A DNA stretch of 64,000 nt from an archaeon. GTDB taxonomy: Archaea; B1Sed10-29; WALL01. The notes under the pieces are model-generated. The model was not told the DNA's origin, did no database searches, and saw only the letters and a list, made by a program, of their open reading frames with translations. Where the stretch lies: assembly GCA_042584585.1 (NCBI GenBank), contig JBHOSQ010000001.1, forward strand, positions 58,694 to 122,693. Direction: 5' to 3'. A program made the position numbers and the translations under genes. Shown here one piece after another: positions 18,628 to 27,809 of the stretch. How positions within the stretch are numbered: position 1 is the stretch's first letter; the number at the start of each line of letters is the position of its first letter.

Positions 18628-21438
18628 ATGGCCAGTCGCAAGAAAAAAGATTTGAAGGAAGAAGAGAAAGGCGTTTCACCCATTGTTGCTGTCGTGTTGC
18701 TTATCGCAATCGCGGTGATTGCGGCCGTGGCGATAGCGTTTTGGAGCGGGGGTTTGGTGACGAGCCAGTCCACTCCGGACAAGCCGAACGTGATTACTGC
18801 GACGATTGCTTCTGCGAGTGAGGGAAAAGTCGTGGTGGCGAACCTTGGGCCTGGCGACTTGGTGATTGACTACTTGAATACTACCTACAACGCCAGTGAG
18901 ACATGTAACTTTAACGGGACTGTAACTATTCCCGAGGGCACGCACAGGATGTGCATAATGCGGCCCAGGGCGGGAATTACTCATTTATACTCTCCCACTA
19001 CGGGGTCGACCCTCGTTGAAATGGCGTCAACCCAAATAGCGACTACTACTTACCAGAGCGCCCTTGCGGGCGCTGGGGGTTTGTGGGATGATTCGCTTAC
19101 TGGCGACTTGACAGGGCTTGGGCACGGCAGCCTGTATTTGCTTGCACCCCCCGGGACAGGCTTGTACACCCATACCACCGCGCTTGACGCGGGGGCGCCG
19201 AGCGACATTAACGTGGTCGAGTGGGACGAGGACCTGCCAGTCGACACGGGCATCGAAGTGCGGCTTTACTATTCCAACACGCCAGACCTCCCAATTGGTG
19301 AACCGGGCTGGGAACTCGAGTGGCTGGAGCCGATTGTGACGAACGGCGAGACTGATGTTGTGTCGGGCTACCAGTACTTTACGTACACGGCCGAGCTTTC
19401 GTCGGACGGCGCGGAAACCCCCACGTTCGACAACTTTAGGATTGGTTACGAGGAGACTGATGGGGAGCAGCCCATTCTGGATGTCACGCTCAACAACCCT
19501 GCTGGGCTGAACACTGTCACGATTACCGAGACGTGTGGCGCCGACCCGGACAACGTAATGGAATTCACTGGGCTTGGCGGCGTAGAGTTTTGGGCGACCA
19601 CTATTGACTACACGCCGGGCTGTACTTATGTTACAGTCGGAACCGACGCGGCCGACGCAGCCATTCCCACTGACTACGAGTGGACGGACGGCATGCACCC
19701 CTTGGCGCCGGGAGATCCGGAGATAACGTACCCCAATGGCATATGCGGAGACGGCGAGGACGAACTAAACTACCCGGATGACTGCTGTGGCGGAATCAGC
19801 GGCATGGTCTCAGAGATAACTGGGTTCTGCCACCTCGACTGTGGCTGCGACCCGGCGTGCATGGACCAACCCGACGAGGGCTTGGTGTGCAACGGCGATC
19901 TAGTGCTGGCCTGTTGTGCTGGCGGCGAACCGGTTGAGGACTGTGTTAACGATTACCAGCCGCCCAGGACTTGCGTGGACGGCGAGTGCATCGAGGGCCC
20001 GGACAACAACGACATGTGCGCTGATGCCACCGCCGCCATTGACGGCGAGAACGCAGTCGACAACACCGAAGCGACCACTGACGGAATCGAAGACGACGGC
20101 CTGTGCCTTTTCTTTGGCAGCAACCAACTCTACAACGACGTCTGGTTTGACTACACTTCCACGTGCACGGGAACCTTGACCGTGGACACATGCACCGAGG
20201 GCTTCGACACCAAACTGGCAATTTACGAGGATTGCAACTGCGACCCGGAGCCAATAACAGTCGTGGCGTGCAACGACGACGACTGTGGCCTGCAGTCAAC
20301 AATCACAGCGCCAGTGACAATGGGCAACTGCTACAAAATCCGCGTCGGCGGCTACAACGAGGAGCAGAGAGGCACTGCCACAATGACCATCGCGTGCGAG
20401 GCTGAGCTGTGCGTCGTTGATGCGTCATGTGACGGGCCGGGCGGCGAGACCGAGGCCAATTGTGCTGAGGACTGCTGCGTTGGACCGGTTTCAGCGCTAA
20501 CCGGGAACTGCCACACTGACTGCGCGGCCATCGCCGAGTGCCAGGATATAGCAGAGACCACTGAAGTGTGCTACAACAACGACGTGGGCATGTGCTGCGA
20601 CGGCGCGACTTCAGTAGACTGCAGCGTTGCATGCATTGACCCTGTTGGCTCACCGGGACAACAGTACGCCGGCACGTGCGCGGCAGCGGCGTGTGACATA
20701 AACGACGTCACTGACACAGAAAACGATGAAGCGCTCTGCATTAATGGTGAGGACGACGACTGTGACAACGAGATTGACTGTAACGACGCGAACTGCGTGG
20801 GTGCTTTCCCAGAAGCCATTTGCGGCGACGGCGAGGACGGCGACTGCGACACAGACATTGACTGCCTCGACGCGGACTGCGAGGGCGGGTCCTGCGGAGA
20901 AAACGGCGAGCTTTGTACCGCTGGCGTTTGCCTGTGCCTGGGCGGAGTCGGGAATGAAGACCCTGAATCGACGTGCACGGGTGGAATCGACGAGGACTGC
21001 GACGGCAACGCGGACTGCGCCGACGATGACTGCAGCGGCGACCCGGCGTGCCAAGTACCGGTCGGGGGCATATGCCTTGACACGCTATGTACTGAGCCAG
21101 ACCCCAATGTTATGCTAGGCAACGGTGGGCTATGCGGTGTCGTTGCCACCGAGTGCATCGCAGCGACCTGCGACGTCAGCGGCTATGAGTTCTGCCCTGA
21201 TGGATGGCACTGCGGGCAGGAGTCAAACTTCAACGGGTGCGATACAGAGGCTGACTTCGGCATATTTGGCGCGGCCGTTATAGATTCGGGTGAGGCACCA
21301 CAAGTGTTACCCAACTGTCTTAGTGCGTGCACATTTGACGGGGCTACTTGCCTTATTGCATGCCTCCCCAACACGGTCTACGGAGCAGAGTGTGTTGATG
21401 CGGGCGGAGGCCTGTACACCTGTAACTGCATCTGCTAG
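18628..21438 (+). CDS. Giant type IV pilin-like protein with a cysteine-rich adhesin-like extension
   Basis: Class III signal KG/VSPIVAVVLLIAIAVIAAVAIAFW; many Cys; CxxGxDxDCDxxxDCxDxxC repeats. Confidence 0.85.
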   Translation: MASRKKKDLKEEEKGVSPIVAVVLLIAIAVIAAVAIAFWSGGLVTSQSTPDKPNVITATIASASEGKVVVANLGPGDLVIDYLNTTYNASETCNFNGTVTIPEGTHRMCIMRPRAGITHLYSPTTGSTLVEMASTQIATTTYQSALAGAGGLWDDSLTGDLTGLGHGSLYLLAPPGTGLYTHTTALDAGAPSDINVVEWDEDLPVDTGIEVRLYYSNTPDLPIGEPGWELEWLEPIVTNGETDVVSGYQYFTYTAELSSDGAETPTFDNFRIGYEETDGEQPILDVTLNNPAGLNTVTITETCGADPDNVMEFTGLGGVEFWATTIDYTPGCTYVTVGTDAADAAIPTDYEWTDGMHPLAPGDPEITYPNGICGDGEDELNYPDDCCGGISGMVSEITGFCHLDCGCDPACMDQPDEGLVCNGDLVLACCAGGEPVEDCVNDYQPPRTCVDGECIEGPDNNDMCADATAAIDGENAVDNTEATTDGIEDDGLCLFFGSNQLYNDVWFDYTSTCTGTLTVDTCTEGFDTKLAIYEDCNCDPEPITVVACNDDDCGLQSTITAPVTMGNCYKIRVGGYNEEQRGTATMTIACEAELCVVDASCDGPGGETEANCAEDCCVGPVSALTGNCHTDCAAIAECQDIAETTEVCYNNDVGMCCDGATSVDCSVACIDPVGSPGQQYAGTCAAAACDINDVTDTENDEALCINGEDDDCDNEIDCNDANCVGAFPEAICGDGEDGDCDTDIDCLDADCEGGSCGENGELCTAGVCLCLGGVGNEDPESTCTGGIDEDCDGNADCADDDCSGDPACQVPVGGICLDTLCTEPDPNVMLGNGGLCGVVATECIAATCDVSGYEFCPDGWHCGQESNFNGCDTEADFGIFGAAVIDSGEAPQVLPNCLSACTFDGATCLIACLPNTVYGAECVDAGGGLYTCNCIC

Positions 21439-21453
21439 CAGCGTAAGCGCAGA

Positions 21454-21488
21454 AACCGGGGGGCCACCAATTGGTGGTCCCCCCAGTT
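21454..21488. repeat. G6/C6 palindrome, copy 3
   Basis: AACC-GGGGGG-CCACC-AATT-GGTGG-T-CCCCCC-AGTT, followed by a T tract, just after the pilin gene. Confidence 0.75.
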
Positions 21489-21554
21489 GCTTTTTCTTTG
21501 CTCCCCAGTTCTGTTTTTCCAAAACATTTAACTAGCAGTACGGCATAAGTGGTG

Positions 21555-22325
21555 ATGATGAAGTTCCACATCCCCCTCAAGAACAACAAGAAGTTAGGGG
21601 GCGTGATGAAGCGCATCCTCATGAGCAAGCGGCTCGCCACGATGTGGAAGTGCTCGAACATCAACTCAATCGACAGGCTGAACTACAACGACCACGGGCC
21701 CGTGCACGTCACGATTGTGGCGAACGCGGCGCTGCAAATGCTTCGGCTTCTCGTTGCCGGGGGCGTAAAGCCCAGCATCGTGAAGAACCACAAAATGAAA
21801 AACGATGACGCTGAAGTCGTCGTTGTGTTGGCGGCGGTGCTGCACGACATCGGGATGACCGTGCACAGGCATGAGCACGAATTGTTCAGCATTATTTTGG
21901 CGGGGCAAATTTTGCCGGAATTGCTGGCTGACTATTCTGTCGAGGAGCAGGTGGTGCTGCAGTCAGAAGTCCTGCACGCATTGCCGCATTATAGTAAAGA
22001 GCTCGCGCCGTTCACTGTGGAGGCGGGAGTGGTCCGGGTGGCGGACGCGACCGACATGAGCAAAGGCCGCTCGCGCATCCCGTTCGAAATGGGGAAGACA
22101 GACATTCACGCGGTGAGTGCGCAGGCCATTGATGACGTTAGTATCAAGGCCGGTGACAAGAAGCCGGTCAGGATTTTGGTGAAGATGAACAACTCGGCGG
22201 GCGTGTTCCAGCTCGACCAGTTGCTGCGGCCGAGGATTGACTCGTCTGGCCTAAGCAAGTATATAGAAGTGGAGGCCGTGGTCAAGCCCAAGGAAAAGCA
22301 TATTCTCAAGAAGTTCACGCTATAA
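21555..22325 (+). CDS. HD-domain metal-dependent phosphohydrolase
   Basis: YNDHGPVH, LHDIGM..HR..H, ADATDMSKGRSR. Confidence 0.9.
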   Translation: MMKFHIPLKNNKKLGGVMKRILMSKRLATMWKCSNINSIDRLNYNDHGPVHVTIVANAALQMLRLLVAGGVKPSIVKNHKMKNDDAEVVVVLAAVLHDIGMTVHRHEHELFSIILAGQILPELLADYSVEEQVVLQSEVLHALPHYSKELAPFTVEAGVVRVADATDMSKGRSRIPFEMGKTDIHAVSAQAIDDVSIKAGDKKPVRILVKMNNSAGVFQLDQLLRPRIDSSGLSKYIEVEAVVKPKEKHILKKFTL

Positions 22326-22346
22326 TTTTAAATACTCTCCGCCCTA

Positions 22347-24350
22347 ATGTTGGGTATGGCGTCCCAGGACCTCCAGAAGAACTTGCCCCACATCATTGCG
22401 GTGGGAATACTCATTTTCGCGCTGCTTATTGTGGCCACGAAGACCGGGCTCGTGGGGTGCTCGTCGCTCGGCAGCGGGTACTGCGACATTTATTACTCTG
22501 TCCTGGGCAAGCCCACGATTCTGATTGTGCGTGGCGACGAGGGAATGGGCGCGCCCGACACGCTGGCACGGATGATTGAGACCCAATACCAATTGCCGGT
22601 GCAAAAGCTTCGGGTCGACCAGATTTCGCGGGGGAACATACAGGACTATTCAATGATTATTGTGGAGCGGTCGCGGGAAATTCCCACGGAAAAGCTCAAA
22701 GTGTTTTATGATTATTTGTTCGAGGACATGGGGAGGCTGGTCTGGGTCGGCGACGCCGGGACAATCGGCAGCAGCTCCGACGAAATATGCCGGCTCATGG
22801 AATACACCGCGGAGTGGAACACAGAAGCGGGCAAAACACGGACCGAGTACGAAGAAAACATTTGCGTCGTCGAGTCCGACCTATCGATTCCGGGCGAGGC
22901 AACGACTTCCGAATCACTGTCAATAAAGCGAGACGCCTTGATGGAAAAGGCGCTCGACCACCTCGAGCTGTTGTGCGGCGACGCGTTCGGCGGAGAGCTC
23001 GGCGTGTACGGCCCGAAGGGATACCCGTGCGAGGGCGGGAGCTACGAAGACGCCTACTTCAAGTGGGCCAACGAAGCGTCGTTCCGCTCGACCGTGAACC
23101 CGTGGTCCCGCGGAGAATACGAAAAAATCACGACCGAAGGAAAAGAAAAGGGGATTGACTTCGCCAAAACCGTGCTCGGCGTCGGGTTTGTTGCTGACGA
23201 CTATGCCGTCGCGGAGTTCGACGCTTATTACGAAGGGATTGACACAGTCAAGGAAAGCTTGGTGGCAGCGCACACCGGGTTCGTCACGTGCCACAACTCA
23301 CTCGGGGGAGCAGGCGGGTGCAGCACAAGCGCGGCAGAAGCCGCGGTTGCCGCCGCATTGTTCGAACTGGACAACGGCAAGTCCGGGGCCAAGACGGACT
23401 TGAGCGGCGTGGTCACGACATTGAATTCATTGGCCCAGCAAAAAGAAACGCAGGGCGGGGACTCAGCAGCAGTCAAGTCGGCGTCCACAAAGATTACTGG
23501 ATACATCGACGCGATTGAGCTTGTGGTTGTTCCGGAGGGAATGCCGACCGCGGCAGAGGCCGCGGCACTGCAGGCCATTGCCACCCAACTAAACAGCGCG
23601 AAAGCGGAGCTGGAGTCATTGCGCGCCGGCGAAACAGACCCCACCGTGAAAGTGAATTACGACTCGCACATCTCGGCGATTAACTTGCGTGTGGCGAGTG
23701 TCAGCGCGAGTGTTGCGTCGCTGCAGGCGGGTGTCACGGAATACAATTCGTGTGAAGGCGTCGTGGTCAGCGGCGTTGCCGAAACCATTTCGGAAGAGAC
23801 CGGCTACCTTGACGAGCTGGAAGTATTGATTGCTTATTCGACGCCATTGATTGACGAGAACGGAGCAGTCGACTTTATCCGCACGGCGCAGGGCGGCGCG
23901 TGGAGCGGGCTTGCGGCGAAGCTTAAGAGTATTCAGTTGGACTGCGGCGACGGGTTTGCCGAAGCGATGGCTTCCGGTGCGGCGGCGATTGAGGCGGCGC
24001 AGGCAGTGGACACTTCCCCCGCCGTTGAAAGCGAGGCATTGGCGACGATGCAGGTCGCGGACATCAAGCACCCGCTTGTCGAGGGCGTGACGCGGGCGAA
24101 GGACTTGAAGAAGGATGGACTGCCGATTCCGTTTGTGCTGGTGGAGACGAACGACGTTGACTCGCACGAGGTCGTGCAGCTTTACGTGGCCCCGGCGTTC
24201 AACGACGTTAACCTGTGGCCGGGCATCACGGTGAAGGACCCGAAGTTCGCGAGCCACATTTTCGGTAGAGGGGTTGTGGTTTACTACGCGTTCCCGCCGG
24301 AGACCGACGAAGTGTTCGTGAAGAACTTAGTAGAGTTCATGTTGTACTAG
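22347..24350 (+). CDS. Membrane-anchored protein with a split class-I-GATase-like (ThuA/DUF4350-like) domain and a long Ala-rich insertion
   Basis: N-terminal TM; YSMIIV...GRLVWVGDAG; C-terminal HPLVEG...GVVVYYAFPPE..FVKN; similar to 25993 and 26882. Confidence 0.75.
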   Translation: MLGMASQDLQKNLPHIIAVGILIFALLIVATKTGLVGCSSLGSGYCDIYYSVLGKPTILIVRGDEGMGAPDTLARMIETQYQLPVQKLRVDQISRGNIQDYSMIIVERSREIPTEKLKVFYDYLFEDMGRLVWVGDAGTIGSSSDEICRLMEYTAEWNTEAGKTRTEYEENICVVESDLSIPGEATTSESLSIKRDALMEKALDHLELLCGDAFGGELGVYGPKGYPCEGGSYEDAYFKWANEASFRSTVNPWSRGEYEKITTEGKEKGIDFAKTVLGVGFVADDYAVAEFDAYYEGIDTVKESLVAAHTGFVTCHNSLGGAGGCSTSAAEAAVAAALFELDNGKSGAKTDLSGVVTTLNSLAQQKETQGGDSAAVKSASTKITGYIDAIELVVVPEGMPTAAEAAALQAIATQLNSAKAELESLRAGETDPTVKVNYDSHISAINLRVASVSASVASLQAGVTEYNSCEGVVVSGVAETISEETGYLDELEVLIAYSTPLIDENGAVDFIRTAQGGAWSGLAAKLKSIQLDCGDGFAEAMASGAAAIEAAQAVDTSPAVESEALATMQVADIKHPLVEGVTRAKDLKKDGLPIPFVLVETNDVDSHEVVQLYVAPAFNDVNLWPGITVKDPKFASHIFGRGVVVYYAFPPETDEVFVKNLVEFMLY

Positions 24351-25818
24351 GCTTTTCGAGAGTTATTCTGTAGAAGTTGTGGTCTTCAGTCCGCGACTTG
24401 CTTTCGTCGCTTTCTTTTTTTAGTGACTCGATTCTTTTGTCCCAGGCCTTGGCGTCAGGGGGGACAAGCATGTCGCGAATGGCTTTTATCTCGTCCATGT
24501 GCACCATCCTCCCGGGGTAGAGCTGCCACTTCGTGTCGGCGGGGGCGAAGACTTCTCCTTTCTCCGCCATTCTTTTGCCGCGGTGCTTTATCCCAAAGAA
24601 CATGGCAAAAGCGCGACCCGGCTTGCTCTCGCCAGCAAACCCGAGCATGGACTCCATAAGCCGCGAAGGGCTTATCTCGAGGACGTCGTTGCCAAGGAAC
24701 TGGCTCTGCTTCTCAACCTTGACGACGTTCAGCCCCACTTTTTTCCCGTGGTCCTGGATGAACCTCGTTATGACGTTCATGGTGGGCTGTCCCTCCACAG
24801 TCCACTCCTCGCCCTTCTTAGTGGGCTGGACGTGGCTGGGCTCTAGGTAGCCATAGTCATTGGAAGTGAGCCTCCCGCCGGGCTTCAGCGCGCGGTACGC
24901 GCCCTCAAGAAAGTCAAACGAGCTGACTGGGACAGAAACGTCTTTTCCCTCGGGGAACAATTCTTCGGCCAAGCCGTAGCGGGCCACTTCTTTTGGTGGC
25001 AGTTCCTGCTCGTCGTCATCGAAGAGCGCCCTCACGTTCTTGAAGCTCTCGGGATCGAGCTGCATGATAGACTCCCAGTCCTTGTTCACCACGGCCTTCG
25101 CGACGTCCGTGGGAATCATTTTTTCCCGCTTGGCTTTTAGCTCGTCGAACGCGTCCTTGGCCCCGCGCTCTTTGGTGTGCTTGAAGATTGCTAGCGCGGC
25201 GAATTCTTTTTCCCCAGCGGCAAGCTTCAAGTCCTCAACGCGTTCCCGCGCGGCACGAAGCTTCTGATTGTCCTTGAAAAAAGTTGTGTCGGGAAGCTTT
25301 TGTTTTAGCTTGAGCTGCTTGACAAAGAATTTTTTGTTCTTCTTCGTTACTGTTATTCCGCCGAGGTCGTCCATAAGCTCGTTCAGAATAATTTGGTCGA
25401 CTTCGTTGTCGAACGGCATGTCAAGCGCGTTTACGTGCTTGTATTCGACGTCCACCCCTTCGAAGGCGTCTTGGAGAAACTGGTTTTTCTTCGCGTTGTC
25501 CAGAAGCTTTGTCGAGAAGTCGCCCATGACGACTTTAAGGCGCTTTGTCAAGCCGGTTCCTTTCTCGCTGTCCAGCTCTTTCAGGCGCTTCACAAAGTTT
25601 TTCATCTGGCCGCCGTCGCCGATACCAATGTTCAGGACCGTTAGCTCTCCCTTCTTGTCTTTGAACTTGCCGTGGAATTCTTCTGCTTCCTTTCGCCCGA
25701 GGTACGGCCACTGGGCGTAAGTCCTGAAGTCGTGCCTGAAAACGCGCTCCCCTTTCTTGGTGTAGTAGGCCTTGTTCATGAGGGAGTGAAACTCGTGGAG
25801 TGCGATGGTCTCAGGCAT
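24337..25818 (-). CDS. SAM-dependent methyltransferase, MidA/NDUFAF7-like, with an insertion
   Basis: DFRTY, LNIGIGDG, IILNELMDDL, GGRLTSNDYG, QSQFL. Confidence 0.75.
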   Translation of the reverse strand: MPETIALHEFHSLMNKAYYTKKGERVFRHDFRTYAQWPYLGRKEAEEFHGKFKDKKGELTVLNIGIGDGGQMKNFVKRLKELDSEKGTGLTKRLKVVMGDFSTKLLDNAKKNQFLQDAFEGVDVEYKHVNALDMPFDNEVDQIILNELMDDLGGITVTKKNKKFFVKQLKLKQKLPDTTFFKDNQKLRAARERVEDLKLAAGEKEFAALAIFKHTKERGAKDAFDELKAKREKMIPTDVAKAVVNKDWESIMQLDPESFKNVRALFDDDEQELPPKEVARYGLAEELFPEGKDVSVPVSSFDFLEGAYRALKPGGRLTSNDYGYLEPSHVQPTKKGEEWTVEGQPTMNVITRFIQDHGKKVGLNVVKVEKQSQFLGNDVLEISPSRLMESMLGFAGESKPGRAFAMFFGIKHRGKRMAEKGEVFAPADTKWQLYPGRMVHMDEIKAIRDMLVPPDAKAWDKRIESLKKESDESKSRTEDHNFYRITLEKPSTT

Positions 25819-25992
25819 TGGTTATTTTAAGTGCCCCAGCATTATTAATTGTTTAAGTCGTCCCCGCCGAGGGACAATTTATGCAAAAAGCTTAAAAGGC
25901 TGGGAGTTAACTAAATAACAGCTGTGCCTGAGGCTGCGAAACCTTTAAAAGGCATGGTTGAATAATGGTGTTCACTACAGGAGGAGCGGCAT

Positions 25993-26868
25993 ATGCCACA
26001 ACAGTATTACGAAGAGGGATTTAAACGACAATTCGAGGCGGCTATACCCGTCTTGATTATACTATTACTGGTTATAGGGGTAATCGCCCTGAACCCCAGT
26101 CTGGTCCGCGGGGTCCCCGTTTTGGGCGACCTTTTCGGCGGCTCTGCAGTCAACGTACTGATTATTGGAGAGTCTGCCAGCGAGGCAAACGACTGGAGGG
26201 CACACCTCTCTGGGAACCTGGCACTACAAGTGTTCGGTAACCCGCTGAACGTTGAAGTCATAACAGACGCGCAGTACAACAAGGTCAGCTCTGCGGACTG
26301 GCTAGACAACCAAGGCTACGACGTCATTGTCCTGACGGCAGGCGACTTGACCCCGTCAATGCAGGTCATCCTAAAGAACTGGGTGACAGGCGGCGGGAAG
26401 CTGCTCGTGCTTGGCACAGGCGGCACACAAGCCAACGGCCGATGGGCAGAGCTCGCAAGCTCAATGCCGGTCAGCTGCCCACAGGGCGACTGCAGCGGCG
26501 TGTACGAACAGGTCTATGCACCAACCATGTACATCTGGCAGGGCATGTTCGACAACGGGCTCGCGAAGAACGTCGACACTGCGACTCCACTGACCCCCGC
26601 CGAGGGCAGCATTAACGTTGCCAACGTGCAGGCCACTGGCTCGCACATCATTTACCTGGGCGGATTCCCGAGCGCTGCCGAAGTCATGGCCGGCGAAGTC
26701 GGTGACATCTACCCCGGCGTTGCCGAGCAAGGCGATGTTGCAGGCGGAATGGTGCTGTGGATGAGCTTCAACCCGACGACTGAAAACATCGACGCGACCG
26801 TTGAGGAAGGCATCGTCATCAACACGATGGCTTACCTGATCGGAAGCCCGGGCTACCAAAGCGCGTGA
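25993..26868 (+). CDS. Membrane-anchored GATase-like fold surface protein
   Basis: N-terminal TM; YDVIVL...NWVTGGGKLLV; GGMVLWMSFNP; GGAGGAG SD. Confidence 0.8.
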   Translation: MPQQYYEEGFKRQFEAAIPVLIILLLVIGVIALNPSLVRGVPVLGDLFGGSAVNVLIIGESASEANDWRAHLSGNLALQVFGNPLNVEVITDAQYNKVSSADWLDNQGYDVIVLTAGDLTPSMQVILKNWVTGGGKLLVLGTGGTQANGRWAELASSMPVSCPQGDCSGVYEQVYAPTMYIWQGMFDNGLAKNVDTATPLTPAEGSINVANVQATGSHIIYLGGFPSAAEVMAGEVGDIYPGVAEQGDVAGGMVLWMSFNPTTENIDATVEEGIVINTMAYLIGSPGYQSA

Positions 26869-26881
26869 GGTGAAAAAGTAA

Positions 26882-27769
26882 ATGGCGTTCTATCCACGTG
26901 GAGGCGGACAAAACCAGTTTGCGGAGATGGCTATACCAATCGTATTGGTCGTCCTCGTGCTGGTGGTAGTCGCTACCCAATTCATGGGTATATGCCCCTC
27001 CTTCCTGAGCTTCCTCTGCGCAGGAGAGAGCGTCCAAACGCTTATCGTCACGAACCCCAGTGACTTCGACGCCGCGAAGGCGTTCGGCACGGACATCAGC
27101 AGCCGAGTCACAAAAATCACTCCCGTGATTGACAACAACGTGCAGCAGCACATCCGCGAAGGCGCGATAACAAGCAACGACTACGACCTCGTGATTCTCT
27201 ACGGTGACAACACCGCATTGACCACCGAGGCAAGAAAAGAAATAACCGCGTACGTCAATTCGGGCGGCGCACTCATACTTGTGCGCGGTGCCGGACTGCA
27301 CCAAATGAACACCGACGGAACAATCAGCGAGTACACCTTCGGGTGGGCCGTGGACGACATGGCAAGCGTGGTTCAGTTCGAGCCGGACTGCCCAACGTTC
27401 ACAAACTGCAACACCGTTGCTGCGGTAACCGCATTGCCGAGCGGCATGAGCAACGTGCAAGTCGTTCCGACACAGTACAAGCACCAAATCATCGAGCGAA
27501 TCGGGTGGACCACGCCAATCGGCGTTGACATCTCGAGATATCCCACATTCAGTGGAGTGACGCTGGTGAACGAGCCGCACGCAAGCAACAAAGTCGCGTG
27601 GTTCGAATGGACCGACTCGACCGGAAAGAGCCAGAGCACGGCGGCATTCATCGCGTACGACGCCGGCGCAACTGGCGGAAGAATTGTTTACCTGGCGTAC
27701 AACCCGATTGAGCTGAACCAGGAAGACTTGTTCCGGAACATAATTACGTGGGCCACGAAATCAACGTGA
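26882..27769 (+). CDS. Membrane-anchored GATase-like fold surface protein (paralog of the previous gene)
   Basis: YDLVIL...AYVNSGGALIL; GGRIVYLAYNP..LFRNIITW; GAGGTGA SD. Confidence 0.8.
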   Translation: MAFYPRGGGQNQFAEMAIPIVLVVLVLVVVATQFMGICPSFLSFLCAGESVQTLIVTNPSDFDAAKAFGTDISSRVTKITPVIDNNVQQHIREGAITSNDYDLVILYGDNTALTTEARKEITAYVNSGGALILVRGAGLHQMNTDGTISEYTFGWAVDDMASVVQFEPDCPTFTNCNTVAAVTALPSGMSNVQVVPTQYKHQIIERIGWTTPIGVDISRYPTFSGVTLVNEPHASNKVAWFEWTDSTGKSQSTAAFIAYDAGATGGRIVYLAYNPIELNQEDLFRNIITWATKST

Positions 27770-27809
27770 GCCCATACCCCTTCTTTTTTTCTACAAAAGT
27801 TAGCGACAG

